NCBI GenBank assembly: GCA_021613535.1
Contig: CP075496.1
Location: forward strand, 11,718,001 to 11,782,000
Direction: 5' to 3'
Source: Adineta vaga
Taxonomy: Eukaryota; Animalia; Rotifera
Length of the DNA: 64,000 bases
In this document: positions 38,971 through 53,203 of the stretch, piece after piece
Layout of the letters: each line of letters starts with the position of its first letter
Position numbering within the stretch: position 1 is the stretch's first letter
Translations under genes and position numbers: made by a program
The notes under the pieces: model-generated
Seen by the model: the letters and a program-made list of their open reading frames with translations, nothing else
What the model was told of the DNA's origin: nothing
Databases searched by the model: none

Positions 38971-41900
38971 TTAATACACCCAACTAACAGGTATCCATTG
39001 TGGTTGAATACTAACTCGTTCAATAGCATGTTGTAGCTATAAAAATAAAACAAAATCAAATCATATACAAAAGAAAAAAAGAATTGGTTTACTGTTCGAA
39101 TTGTTTCTTCAATATCATTATTAACAATAACATAATCAAAATAATGTCCATAAGCTTGTTGAAGAAGTTCACTTTCTTTTACTAATCTTTGTAAACTATC
39201 ATCCTACAAAAATGAAACTTTAAATATAACAAAAAAAAAACTATAAACATTTTTCTCCTTACATTAACACCTTTAATTTGTGATAGATCAGGTGCAGCAA
39301 TAAAAACAACATAAGGTGCAAATTCAGCTGTACGTAAAACTTTTAATGCTTGTGGTTCAACATCAAGAATACCCATGAGACCTTGTCGATTGATATTTCG
39401 TATCGTTTCAAGTTTTGTTCCATACATAGCATCTTCATGTGTACCATATTCTAAATATTCATTATTAGCAATATCACGCATCATTTCTTCATGAGTAACG
39501 AAATAATAATTTTTTCCATTTTCTTCTTCTTTTTTTGGTAATCGTGTTGTATCTAAAGAGACAAAATTGAATTGATTCAATTAAGACAAGGAAATATTTA
39601 CGAGGAATAGGATAAGCAAATTGTTTAGGTTGACTAGTAATTAATGTATTTTTGATATGTCGACGACCAACACCATGTGCACCTTAAAAAAAAGAATGAG
39701 TTTACCTTTCTTGTTTTTTTTTTCTTCGATGAAGATAAATGACTTACCGAGTAAAACAAGTGTCTTTCGACGAAATTCTGGTAATCGAATAACTTCTTCG
39801 TATGTAACCAAATCAAGTTGATCAAATACAGCATTATGTTTAGCTAAATATTTATCTTTTGTGACTTTACGTTTTCGACTAAATACACCACAATTAGCTA
39901 AATAAAAAGAAGAACAATTGCGTTTTTAGATGGATTATATGGGAAATAATGTTCGAAGAATGATCTGTAGTTAGTTTGAATGAAGAAAGAAAAGTTCTCA
40001 ACTGGTATAAATTAAATCGAATGATAGTTAAGAAATGTCGAACTATCATGGGTTAATCAGTTATAACTTTTTGCTTCAATGAGATTCAACTGATTTGAAC
40101 AACGGAAGAATATTTGAATAATCTAATTACGATAGAGTTCTTCCTTTTTTATCCTTGAATAACGATTTCTATCTTCTCTTTCAAAATCGAACAAAACAAA
40201 TGTCATCTAAACAAACGATATCATATCAATCACTAATTAATTCACTACTAACTAAGAAGTCGTGGCTAAATGATAATATACATTCATGAAATTCCCTAAA
40301 GACAACAATTTTCCGTTCTACATTCATCTTTATTAAATCTATCAAGAGAAAATGTGAAGACTTACCACTTCCATCTTTCGCTTTTTCAATCGCATTCGTA
40401 GCTATTCTCCATTCTTGTAATTCAGGTGATGGTATTAAACCAGCTGGTGAATTATTATAATCACCATGATAATGATTAATCGTTTGTTCAAATGTACCAT
40501 GATGTGAAGTGATCTTTTTTGCTTGCCACCAATTATGATCATCTTTCGAAATGATTTGTAAAATATCTCCAATAGAAAATTTTATACCGGCTTGAGCACT
40601 TGGTATTAAATCATCATCTTTAGGATCATAATTAAATAATGTTTTGACATAGATCTAAAATAACAGAAAAAAAAACATAACTATACGAATCATTGAATAA
40701 TTTTGAAATATTTACATCACAAGGTGGTGGTTGACTTCGATAACTGGGTACAATTTTAAATGTAATACTACCACGAGCATCTCTCTAAAAGAAATAAGAA
40801 AAATTAAGAATGAATGAAAGATAAACAGAAAAATTTCTCTTCTATACCAGCATTTGCTGTAAATATTGTATAGGATGATTGGAAACACTTTGTCCATTGA
40901 TTTCTTTTATTTCATCACCAACATGTAATGTTCCTTGTCGATGTATCATACCACCATTAAGAATACGTGATACAATACATCTTTTATTTTCCGTCATACG
41001 AAGTGTTATACCCTAGATAACAAAAACAGAACGAAAATTCATTTCATTCATAAAATTATATATTTGAATTGTATACCAATGGTTCATCTGTATTACGTTG
41101 AAATTGAACAAGTCGAACACGTGTTACATCACATGCTGCATCATTAATTTCATCACCATCACCTTCATTTAATCTACCACCATTATGACCTGCATAATCA
41201 TTCTCAACAACCGATTCTATTGCAGCGGTGTTATTACCAAGATAAGGTGGTGTGACACGTACAGTATCATCACCATAAACCTCTTGTGCAACAACATCAT
41301 GTGCTTGTAGAAGAGCCTAGAAAAACCAAATGAAATGAATAATTAGACTAACATGAAAAACAATTTTAAACAGGACATGTTGTTTTCTTGTTTTTTTTGT
41401 CTTATTTACTTTCTTTTCTTTTTCGCTTGACAGATTAATCTATTTGCCTTTCTGAACTCAACGGAAGATAATACTTATGAACATTAGTTATTCATCTAAA
41501 TGCATATTATTTGTTCCGTTGTAAAGAAGTTAGTAAAACTGTAATGCACATGTTCTTCTTTCATCGCTAGATTAACGAGAAAAGCACATTGAAAAAAGAA
41601 AGAAATCGTGTAGACGATGAAAGATCCATACATATATACATTAACATACGTAAATTACTAAATGGATAGAAGATAGAGAGCAAAAAAGGCGAATGATATT
41701 CTGATAGAGCGAACATCAACAAGATTCAGCAATTGACATTGTCAACGCCTATGCTTGGTACTGTCAGTCAATCATCCAGATATAGTGCAACAAAAAAAAA
41801 CAATTTTCTTCATCGAAGATAGCATTGGATTTTATTTACCTTGTTTGTCATAAGATCTATTCTTTGACTAATAGAATAATCAAGGGAACGAAGAAGAATC

Positions 41901-44900
41901 CATCAAAATATATTGAAAAAGTATGATATAGAATATTTTATTATACAATTGAGTAAAGAATAGATAAAACAAATGTATACATTATTAATTTAACTTCATG
42001 TCACTTCTTATTCAGTTAGAATCATTTCATTAGAATTCTCAATGTCAAAAGCATATTTAATCAGTACACTCTTATGATTAAATTTCTATGAGAATACTTT
42101 AGATTGAATATAGATACATACCATTTCAAAAGAAGACAAAAGTTCGTCGAAATACTTAAACTAGCATTAGCATCATTTATAATATGACGATAAAAGCCGT
42201 GATAAGAAATTTATTGATCTATCCTTAGGAGCAACGAGAGATTCTTAGAAAGAATAATATTATTTCTCCGCATTTTCTATTCTCTCGCTTTTTTTACATC
42301 TTTTTCTCTCTCATTCTCTCTTTCTTCTCTCTTCTTCAATTTTGTCTGTTTGTCGTATGTCATCTCTTTATTTGATCTCAACATACACACACACACACAC
42401 ACACACGAGAGAGTGCACATCTACTAATCGTTTCTGTTGGGCAACATTTTGTTATCAGTAAAATACATGTATTGAATGGAATCGAAGAAACATAGATGGA
42501 TGCATGGATGAATCGATCGATCCGCTCAATTTTTCCGTCGGCTATATCGTAGAACATTTAATTCAATCGGATCGGTCCATGTCTTTCCAGCAAGTTCGTT
42601 TCGGTTACAGCTTATCAAGAGATAGAGAGAAAGAAAAGAAAAGAAAAGAAAATCAGACACTCTAAAGAATATTAAACAAGTCTCTGATTGAAACTAAAAA
42701 AGAAAATCCAACTAAATTGTCCTTCTTCTTCATATTAATAACAATAGAAACATAAATAAACACAGAAAGACACTAATCAAATTTTCGTTTCTACTTATAT
42801 AGACACAAAAAGAAAAACAAACTAATGAATAAAAAGTCTCATTATAACCAACAAGAAAGATATACTTTTCAAGTATCATCTTCAAACTCTACTTACTTGT
42901 TTGATATGTTCAAGTGCACAATAGATACGTAAACTGTGCTCATCCATTGTAAAGGAAATAATAACGACAATGATGATGGCACAATTGCAATCAACAACTA
43001 TAACAAGAAGCATGCTTCTTGCCAACGAACGAGATCCAACTTGGGATAAGTAAGTTGGTTTGAAGACAAGAAACACGTCAGAAAAATATTGTCATATCGT
43101 TGTGTAAAAACAAAACAAGAAAGAAATCAATACATGTATTGATTGCTCGAATCAGTATAGTCTTGTGAAAATCGAGATAATAGAAAATCAAAAAAAGTAT
43201 TGAACGAAAGGGAATGCAAGAAAAAAAGAAGAGCAAGAAGAAAAAAAGAGACACATAGAAAAGAAGAGAGTCAACGAAGGAAAAAAAGAAGAAGATGAAA
43301 AAAATCCGAGCGATGATAAGACCAGAGAGACAGACGATCAGATTTCAATCACTAGTTTCTTTCTTCTCTAGCTTTCCTCGAATAGACTTTCTCTGCGATT
43401 GAGAATCTGCTATTTAAAAAAGAAAACCAATTTTTTTCACTCTTCTTACCTGTAAATGTGGTTCCAGTAAAATCTCTAGGAGATCATGAGAATTCGTCGA
43501 TTTATCTTGAAAAGAACCTTGTTCTATTATTGAAATCATATCAGTAACAATTTGCGATGCAGTGGAATCTGGCGGACGATATGGACGAATTTCATCAGAA
43601 TTAATTCGATCATATAACTAAGAAAAAATTTCAAAAGAAATCAAATGTATTCTATACTAGAAATCATTCTTTACTTCAAGTAATGTTTGTAATTGTTTAT
43701 CTTCAAATAATTTTTGTAAAAAATCAAGTTCAACACGATCACCAATTGTTAACCATTGAGTGTCTTCTAACGAATCGAGTATTTGTGAAACAGCTAAACC
43801 ATAAAAAAAAGAAATTCTTTTCTTCTATTCGATAAAACAAACAGAAAACTTCAATGGCAAAAAGTCATTCTTCTGATGTATATATCACCTGTTAGAATTT
43901 TCATTGAATAACAATAATAACAAGTATTTTCTTCTAAGTGCTTTTTTTTGTCTTTTATATTCTCTATTTAAGAATATAAACCGTCAGGCGATATATGAAA
44001 AGAATCACTTTAGATGAAATATGAACAAAAGATGTCATTGAAATAGATAGCTGATATATATATTACTGCTAGTAATCAAGAATAAATGAACAAGTGTATA
44101 TATATATATATGATGAATTCGGCGAAGAGATAGATCGGTATATGGATATATGTTTGATCGAATGTTATAGTATGAGGTCATATCCAATAGAACAAACATC
44201 ATTTCCATATGTTTGCTATCTTACCGTTGCATGTAATGTTTTCAGAATGTGAACGACAACTATTACGATGTTGATGATGTTGATGATGATGATGAGAAAG
44301 CATACGCGTCTCGAAGCAATTAATCTACTCTAAGAGTGTGTATGTCTATGTTCGATTTCCTTCATTATTTCTTACATTTTCTCTAACATCCAACTGACAA
44401 ATAAGACAAGAGAATAAGAAATTGAGAAAGAGAGAGAGAGAGAGAGAGGGAGGGAGAATGAGAAAGAATGCATTCCTTTCTTTTTCTTGTTTGTTCATTT
44501 TTACTGATGATTAAATGATGAGAGAATCTATACGTAGATAATTATCAAAATTTTTTACGTACCAGATGATGCCATATCATCAAAATCATTGGGATTTGTT
44601 GTTAGTGATAAATTTCGTGTCATATTTCCTGATGAATTTGTTGCTGTCAACGACGAACAAATCGGTATTTGTGACCAACGAGGACTAGATACTGCTGCTA
44701 GTACTACACCCTACATAGACAGGAACAAATAATGATAAGGGAAAAAAGGTGTTCAAATAAATTCTGTTTTTTTCCTATAACGAATATAAGTTAACTAGTT
44801 TCTAATAAATCTTAGATAAATACGAGAAGATAACCAAATGTCACATTCAACGAAGAAAAATACAGAGGTAAGTTAGATTAGAAAAAGTTCTAAGCTTTCC

Positions 44901-47804
44901 CTTTTTTATTTTTTGAAATAACTGAGAAGAATTACTTTCATTTGATAAGATATTGACAAAACAGTTTTTCTCCAAAGAACAATAGGTCTTCGCATTAGTG
45001 AAGAAGAATATCCTTTTTTTACTAGAATTTCCTAAGGTGATGTTTGCAATATCTTTAGTAGGGATTTTTTTCAATATAATGAAGTTAATTAAAACTAGAA
45101 TATTAAATCTTGCAGCTTTAGGGAAAATACAATACGGATACAATGAAAGGCCAATGAAAGAAGAAAAAAAGCAATTTACCTTCAATTTACGACGAGCATT
45201 GAATTTGCGTAATTCTTCAACTGTATCAGGTAAATGTTTTCTTAATGCAAATTTTTCACGTTCCTAAAAAGAAATACGAAAGTTTTCATCTGTTTTTCTC
45301 GAAACGGTCTCTCTCTTTCTGTCCTTCGTATTCAATTGAAAAACTACTTCATGATTAACAATCGTCTTAGGCCGTAAAATTCACATCGATCAAGTGTTAT
45401 TCTATCGATTAACTTCTCCTATAAACAATTCAACAATTATTTATTGACCGTGAGTAATCAAGAGAGACAACAACAAACTCGTATTAATCAAAGATCTTTG
45501 GACTTAAAAAAGAAAACTTTCTTTTTAGAATAGACATTATCATGACACTTCAGTAATAACTAATGAAAAAAAAAGGTCATTCTATAAAAAGGACATTAAT
45601 ATACAGTGTGAAACAGAGTTTGAAAAAAAAAGATAATAAAATTAGATGATGTAAAAACGATTATATTTATTATTTCCTTCCTTTTTGCCCTATTGTCTCG
45701 ATGAAACACACTTTTCTCTTTCTCACTATATTTACATACTAAACCTCTAACTTCTTTCATAGCAAACAAGATACTCTTGTCAATTCTTCTCACAATTTTC
45801 TTTATATAGACAAAAGGTTTCATCATCGTTCTCTATTTCTTTTTCTATCGTTCGCCTGATGACTTCAGTGTTATTCAGAAGAGTAGTAAGTTCTCGCCAG
45901 TGTATGTGTATATTTTCGTTTCTTTTTTCAAGATCACATACTTACAGTTAATGATACTGAAATATCCACTTTTTTCATATTCATTCCTAAATCACACATA
46001 ATCTTTTTAAACTCCATCAAATTACTAAATATCACTAGTTCGAAAGAATAATGTCACGATAGTGCGTCTTCTTTTGTTGAAAAAAGAAGAAAAAAAGAAA
46101 ATTTTCCTTCTTCTCTCTCTCTCAGGAGACTATTAAATTCTATTGACAGTACAAACTAAGTTAAATCATACAAGTTAATACATATTTGTTTAGAAACATG
46201 TTTTCAAGTAAGATATCTCTAAAGATAATTCAAAGAACTTTTCCATCCATAGTATATGAATTATTTCTTATTAACGGATTTCATCCATTTGCATGTGTCA
46301 TATATTTATTATAAGCAAAAGCACATAATCAGGTAATCGATTATAAACAGTAGCTAATGCGTGAGAACATTTCTTTTTCTTCTGCCATTTCTCGTCTGCT
46401 ATTATCTAATTAATAGAATCAACAAAAGGAGACTCTTTCGGATTCATCATAATATTTGTAAATGTCGTATGTTCGAGAAATTTTGTGAGCAATATCTTTC
46501 TCTTTCTTTCTCTCTCCCTCTCTCTTATGAGTAACGTGCCAAGTAAACTTATCTTCTATGATGTCGAATCACAAATATTTTTCTTTTTCATTCTACTTAC
46601 TCGAATCCATGGATGTGCAAGTGCTTCTTTAATTGTAATTCTTTCATTTTGATTTAAACATAACAATCGTGTAACTAAATCTTTCGCTGACTCAGATATA
46701 TGTTCCCATTGTTTACTATGCATCTAAAACATGAAAAATTTCCACTATAATGCGTTTCTCTTCTCGTTTACATGATCACTTACATTATAAACACCCTTTG
46801 TAATCATATCAAAAACTCGATTTCTAGTACCAGCAAATGGTAAATTACCAGTTAGAAGAACATATAGCATTACACCCAATGCCCACATATCAACTGGTCG
46901 ACCAAAACCGGGTGATTCTTTATTGACAACTTCAGGTGCCATAAATGCTGGTGTACCAATACGACCGGCTTGAACAAAACCAGATTCAGGTAATTGTAAA
47001 GCAACTCCGAAACCTCCTAATTTAACTGGTGCTGCATTTTCTTTTGATGATAATAAAACACAATGAGGTTTTAAATCACGATGAATGATTCCTCGTTCAT
47101 GAATGTATCGAATAGCTTCAAATATTTGACGCATATAATGACTACAGGAAATTAAAGGAAATATATGAATAAGAAAGGAAATATTCAGTCAAGATGTTCA
47201 CCTAGCTACAGCCTCACTATAGACAAAACCGGCAAGAGCACGTTTTTCAATTTCAAAACATAAATCTGAACCATCCATACTAGAAAACAAGAGAATTGAT
47301 TTTCAAGCTTCGAGTTACAAAAATATCTCGTTTTATTGAATAACATACTATTCAAAAACCATAAATAAACATCCTTCAGATTCGAATGTGTCATATAATT
47401 CGACAATATGTGAATGTTTAAGACTTGCACAAATACTTGCTTCACGTCGTAAATCTAAATTTTCGAGAAGTGAAAAACAAATTCGATAAGCTTTTGCTTA
47501 GTTTTATGAAATGAAGAAAATAAATTACCTTCAGCTGTAAATCCTGGTGTTGCAGTAAACTGTTCAACATCAATGATTTTAACAGCATATTGTTTATCGC
47601 CAGCTTTATTTGTACAACGACGAACTACACTGAATGGTCCTCTACAAAAGACATTATTATTGAAAAGATACAAAAAGTATACGAAGAAAAAAAGTTTCCA
47701 TACTTTCCAATAATCTCATAAAGATTATATAAATCAGTAAAATATGTTGTTGCTTGTTCATCATTACCGGGTATTGTCGTCGTCGTCGTTGCCTCTATAT
47801 GCAT
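38971..47804 (-). CDS. CASK: CASK/LIN-2 MAGUK: CaMK-like domain, two L27, PDZ, SH3, guanylate kinase-like
   Basis: [20 protein letters not shown] and KLGGFG (CASK-specific atypical kinase motifs), [58 protein letters not shown], ends PVSWVY. Confidence 0.97.
42385..42406. repeat. (CA)n microsatellite in a CASK intron
   Basis: CA dinucleotide run. Confidence 0.9.
42897..42947 (-). other. CASK: Candidate second internal alternative first exon of CASK
   Basis: ATG at 42947 gives [17 protein letters not shown], then a consensus gtaagt donor. Phase 0 matches the [10 protein letters not shown] exon. Confidence 0.45.
44225..44303 (-). other. CASK: Candidate internal alternative first coding exon of CASK (His-rich)
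   Basis: ATG at 44303 gives [26 protein letters not shown], then G|gtaag. Phase 1 matches the acceptor of the first L27 exon. Confidence 0.6.
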
Positions 47805-50565
47805 GATAATAAGCGACGAAACAACATCAATAGATGCTTATTGTCGATAATTCTAATAAGAGAAAAAACATCGATAGATAAAACATATGTACGAAATCTT
47901 TAAGCGCAACATCAACAATGATGAACGACTAGATAATATGAGTGATATGTTAACATTAACTTTTGTCGTGGATAAGTGAGTGAGTGAATGATGAACTCAA
48001 TGCGACAAAAACGACATACTAGCCATGCTTCGGAAAAAGGCTAATCAGGCTAATTTGATTGCATTTCCTCTCATCCTAACATGACGGATCCGAACAAGCA
48101 GATGCAGCAACAGCAATTAGCTTTAACCAACTTGAAGAGAGAGAAAAAAATCAAGAGAGAGAGGGAGAGCGGAGAGCGAGAGATACAGAGACAGAGACAC
48201 AGGGAAAAGAACGAGAAAAAAGTAAACAAATAACAAGAAACAGAACAAATGATTGATCTAACTGACAGATGCATCGGATTCGCCTATTGCAGAACCGTTG
48301 TTTATTAATATACAGGATAATGATTTTTTTCCGAAGTAACTCATTTGTCAAAATTTATATATAGTATGTTGTCAACGAGATGTAAATAAGATTTTTAACA
48401 TGTAAAACATCTGCTATTGAAAATTATGAAAGATGACACTAGTTGTTGTTGTTGTTGTCTGCTGTTGTTGTAGAATAATAATAATAAAGTTTTTATATAA
48501 TCAAATATTGATGGTGATAGTCAAATTAGAAAATAAACAATATTAAATCGAGATAAAACTCAAAAGATTAACAATAACTCAAGTGGATTATAATACTAGC
48601 AAATACTTTGGAATGAGAAACTATGTTGTTGGAAGATTTGTATATAGCGTCTGTCTTTTATAATATACAGAAGAGTTAACGAAGAAAATCCCTTTGAAAT
48701 CATTTCTGACATTTTATGAATTAATAGACAAAAGAAATACTAAGAGTGAACGTTCTATAGAGTAGAAACTAAGAAAATACATCTCTTTTACTCTGCTTTC
48801 TTCTCTTACTAGACTATCATCCCTTCTATGAAATAATTGCATTTAAAGTAACTATTTTACTTGAGGCAACAGGAAAATATATAGGAACTATATGTTCAGA
48901 TTTTCCTTGTGAAGTAATGGAATGGCATTGAACATACAATATATTCTGCATTTTTTTCTGACACAGAATTCAAATACTAAATGTCATAATATAGTTCTTT
49001 ATATAAAAATTTCTTTATCTTATCAATCTTACTTAATTAAAAACGTAATTTCTTATCTAATACAGGTAAAACAAGGAAATCGATAATTTTCTTGATGTTT
49101 GATCTTGATTCTACTGATGAGATTCGGATGACGCTCGACGATGTTGTTTATTTGTTTTGTAAACGACGTGATATAAGTCTATAATCAAGTAATACAAGGC
49201 TCGTGCCGTTTTCTTCTTCTTTAAATAATGAAATACAGATGACTTTTATCGATCTATCTTCATATATGTTTTATTATTCACGAAAATTCTTCTCCTAGCT
49301 GATTCACTTGCTATTCATCAATCGATCAATTTTTATATTTTGATCCATCATGAACCTGCTTGACAATTAGTTTTAATGAAAGAAATACGAACAATGAATG
49401 TGTATCACATAAACTTGCATATACAATACAAAAAAGAATCTTATGTTTAGGTCGATTTAACCATTGTATGACAATTATAAGCCAAGTGCACGCCCAGATA
49501 CATTATATTCGTTGACAACTGACCCTACATGTTACACATATGACACATCATTATAGTTGATCATGTCAACATCTATCACGACATTTGTGATTTGAGTAGT
49601 TGATAATCTCCAGAAGAATAAAAACGATATTTTTGAAAATAAAATTGACCTTTTGAAAAAGAAAAAGAATAGCTTGATCAGAGAAGCTCTATCAATACAT
49701 AGGTACATCCTTTCATATCCTATATACTTCTCGTCTTCTAATCGTCAATGTTATAGATGATATACTCTTTTTATATTTTGTTACGAAAATTTTCATAAAG
49801 ATATCGAAAGATGTTTGAGTTATATTTTGATCAAACCTAATCTAACAATATCAAAATTCAATTTATTACGAATAGTTGAATAAACATTCGAATACAGGTG
49901 AGATTGAAATTAACTTTGCAGTAATATTCAGAAACAGAGAGAGAGAGAGTATCTATGTTCATTGAATTGATTGTCGCATCATATTGTATCGATGACGCCA
50001 GCTAACTATTCTGTTGATAATATAAACCCAACAAAGTGCGACATCCTTCGCTTAATACGTGATATAGGCGACATCCAGGAAATATATATATATTGATAAT
50101 TTTGAAAAAAAGGGGAATGTTTATCAAAGATTTTTCTTCTTTTATTTTCATTTTTCCTTAATTATAAAACTTAAAATCAAAGATCTTTTCGTCTCTCATC
50201 CATTTTGAACAACAACAACATCATAATAACACGCAAACAAATACACATATAACAGTCATTCGTTCGGTCGACAATGTCTGCATATTCTCGCAAATGATCA
50301 CATGTTTTACTTTCTTCCTTTGATAAAACAACTTTTTTCTATCTTCAATGGTCAGCTGATCTCTCAATTCAATTGCCTAAGCACGAGAAAAAAAATCTTC
50401 TTAGAAAATAAAAAATTTGCACGTAAAAATATTAGTTATTCAGAAGAATGACAACGTACCTGTCACCTGTTACATTTTCAAGGTCGTTAAATTTGTTTGA
50501 TTCTTTTTCTAGATTTATTTCTTGTTTTAAAAACTATTCTCATTTACCATTTCATTCAATTAATT

Positions 50566-51539
50566 ATGTGTTCACCCTCACCTGGTAAACGTCGAATAGA
50601 TACGGATGTTATTAAACTGTAAATTTTCGTTAGAAAATTTAATAAACAATAATAATTATGGAATTATTTTCATCTAGGATTGAATCGAAACATCAAGTAA
50701 CACTTATGTCGGGTTTAAATGAATTTATGGTGAAATTTGCTGGTCCACGTGAAAGTAAATCTGGAATTTTTTCAAAAAGGATTCATTACTTTAGTCATTT
50801 TACTTTTCTAGCTCCATACGAAGGAGGTGTATGGAATATTCGAGTTGATCTTCCCGAAAAATATCCATTCAAATCGCCATCCGTCGGTATGTAGATAATA
50901 ATTAATAAACTGATTACTATTGCATTATTTTAGGCTTTATGAATCGAATCTTTCATCCAAATATTGATGAAATGTAAGTTTTTATCATTTTCTATTGTTG
51001 ATTTAGAATCTATTGGTATTATACTAGGTCCGGTACTGTTTGTCTCGATGTGATTAATCAAACATGGACACCCATGTATGGTATGTATATCGAAATAGTT
51101 TTATTTGTGTAATTATTAATGAAGAAATAATTTGTAGATCTTGCTAATATTTTTGAATCATTTCTTCCACAATTACTTGCCTATCCAAACCCGGTGGATC
51201 CGTTAAATGGTGATGCTGCTGCTTTATATCTTCACAAACCTGATGATTATAAGAAAAAAGTGAAGGGTTTGTAATGAAAATAAGAAAAAGAAAGATCTAT
51301 AGATTAATCAATTTATTTGATTTGTAGAATACGTTCAACGTTTTGCAACTGCTGATATGGCTGATAGTTTATCTTTATCAATAAATGGTCAATCATCTTT
51401 AAATAATTCCTCATCGACTAGTAATTCAAATCAAACGAATGGTTCAACTAATTCAAATCAAGCACCTAAAAACGAATCCGATGCTGAATCTTTAAGTGAT
51501 TTTAGTGAAGATGAAACTGCGAATATGGACTTAAATTAA
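50566..51539 (+). CDS. UBE2H: Ubiquitin-conjugating enzyme E2 H
   Basis: [79 protein letters not shown], acidic tail. Seven exons. Confidence 0.97.
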
Positions 51540-53203
51540 TTCATGTATGCATAGTTTTCTTTCTAATTATTTTTTTTGCAGTATATACATAGACTTGTTT
51601 TTTTTCTTGTTTTCATCTTTATTATTATTATTATTATTCCTTATAAATATTCTCCTGTTTGTTTAACTCTCTTCTTTTTTATACGCGTCAAAATCGAGTT
51701 TCATTTCTAGAACTAGAGGGAATTCAATGATGGGAGAGGATTTCATTATCTTGCCTCTTTGTTCTCATCTTCCCTTCTTTGTACATACATATCTCTGTAC
51801 GCGTTCTTTCTCTTCTTCTTCTTTATCATTTAGAGACGTGCACAGTATTTCTTTCTTGGCAATGCACACACAGACATCAGCATTATATTAGCAAACATTC
51901 ATATGCTTTTGCTCAGGTTGCAACTACTGTACTTTTTCTCTTTCTCGTTTTTTTTTCATTCTTCCTTATCTTCTTCTTCTTCTTCTTCTTCTATTTGTGT
52001 GTACTGAACAGTTTCTTTGTTTATCTATGTTTAAAATATCTTTGGATTGGTTCTTTGAAATTTATCGATGAAACCGAATTATCTGTTCCTCTCATACTTA
52101 TGTGTACCTCTATCCGCTGCTTTGTTTACATTATTCTACATACATATATAACCTAGTAAGAACAACATAATACTTTGATGTTTCTATTCTTCTTTACGGT
52201 AAATCGTGCGAAATAAAAACAAGAGAGTACATTTTGCCATCTCATTTGCTCTGTTCATTTATTTTTTTAATCTAACAATGATTGATATTGTATTCATTAT
52301 GAAAAAACAAACAAAACATTGACATGATAAATTGATGTATTAATTATTAACTATCGTTCATCTCTATGTTGTCATGATCGTCTATATTGATAATGTTCTT
52401 ATGGCATAAAAAGCTTCTACGCTAATAATATAAATAGTATGATGCAAAGGGAGCAACTGCTTTTCGGAAAAATAAAGGTTATACTCTTTCAGTCTTGTTC
52501 ATTGATTATTATTCAATATCCAATGGAAAATTAAGTTGGAATGATATAGAATGTACTTTGGAAATGTTCATGTTTTCTCTGGTATTTTATTCTTGATCAA
52601 TATTGTTTTTCAGAAATGAAAATATCGATAGAGTATAATTTCCGGTGTTTTGGTAATTGATAGAACTATTGTTATTAACTTCTCAAACATTCTGAATTGA
52701 ATATATATTCTATTCGAGATCGATACAATCAAGATATTTTCTATTATAACTCTAATAAAATCAACCTTATTAAAAAAATATCGAGATTATCTTCATAGAG
52801 AGAAAACATTTTAATGATATTATTTCTTATGATCTGATTTGAATTAACTGATAAAAAAATCATTAAATTATTCCATTCGAGATAAATCTTTCCTTTAATT
52901 GAGTATTTTAATGGACATATAATGTTCACGAGAATGTACAAAAATATAAAAAATAAGATATATCAAAGAAGCAAAACCACAAGAAACAAACGAAACTTCA
53001 GATACTACAGACCAAAAAAAACCCACAACAACCATTTCTACAATGTTCAACAAGTAAAGTAAATAGAGATACTTAAAGAGAACAGATCTATGTACAAATA
53101 GAATACACACACACACACAAACAAACAGAAAAGACAGAAAATGTTCAATGAATATTTTATAATATAATTATCACATGAGTTACAGATTTGTTTTTTTTTG
53201 GAA

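Noticed and set aside
41840-42123. Further ATG-plus-donor micro-exons in a CASK intron (MTNK|gtaaat; M|gtatgt)
   Set aside because: Too short to distinguish from chance without RNA data.
46930-47090. CASK kinase motifs GFG (for DFG) and KPHC (for KPEN)
   Set aside because: Established CASK family signature, not novel.
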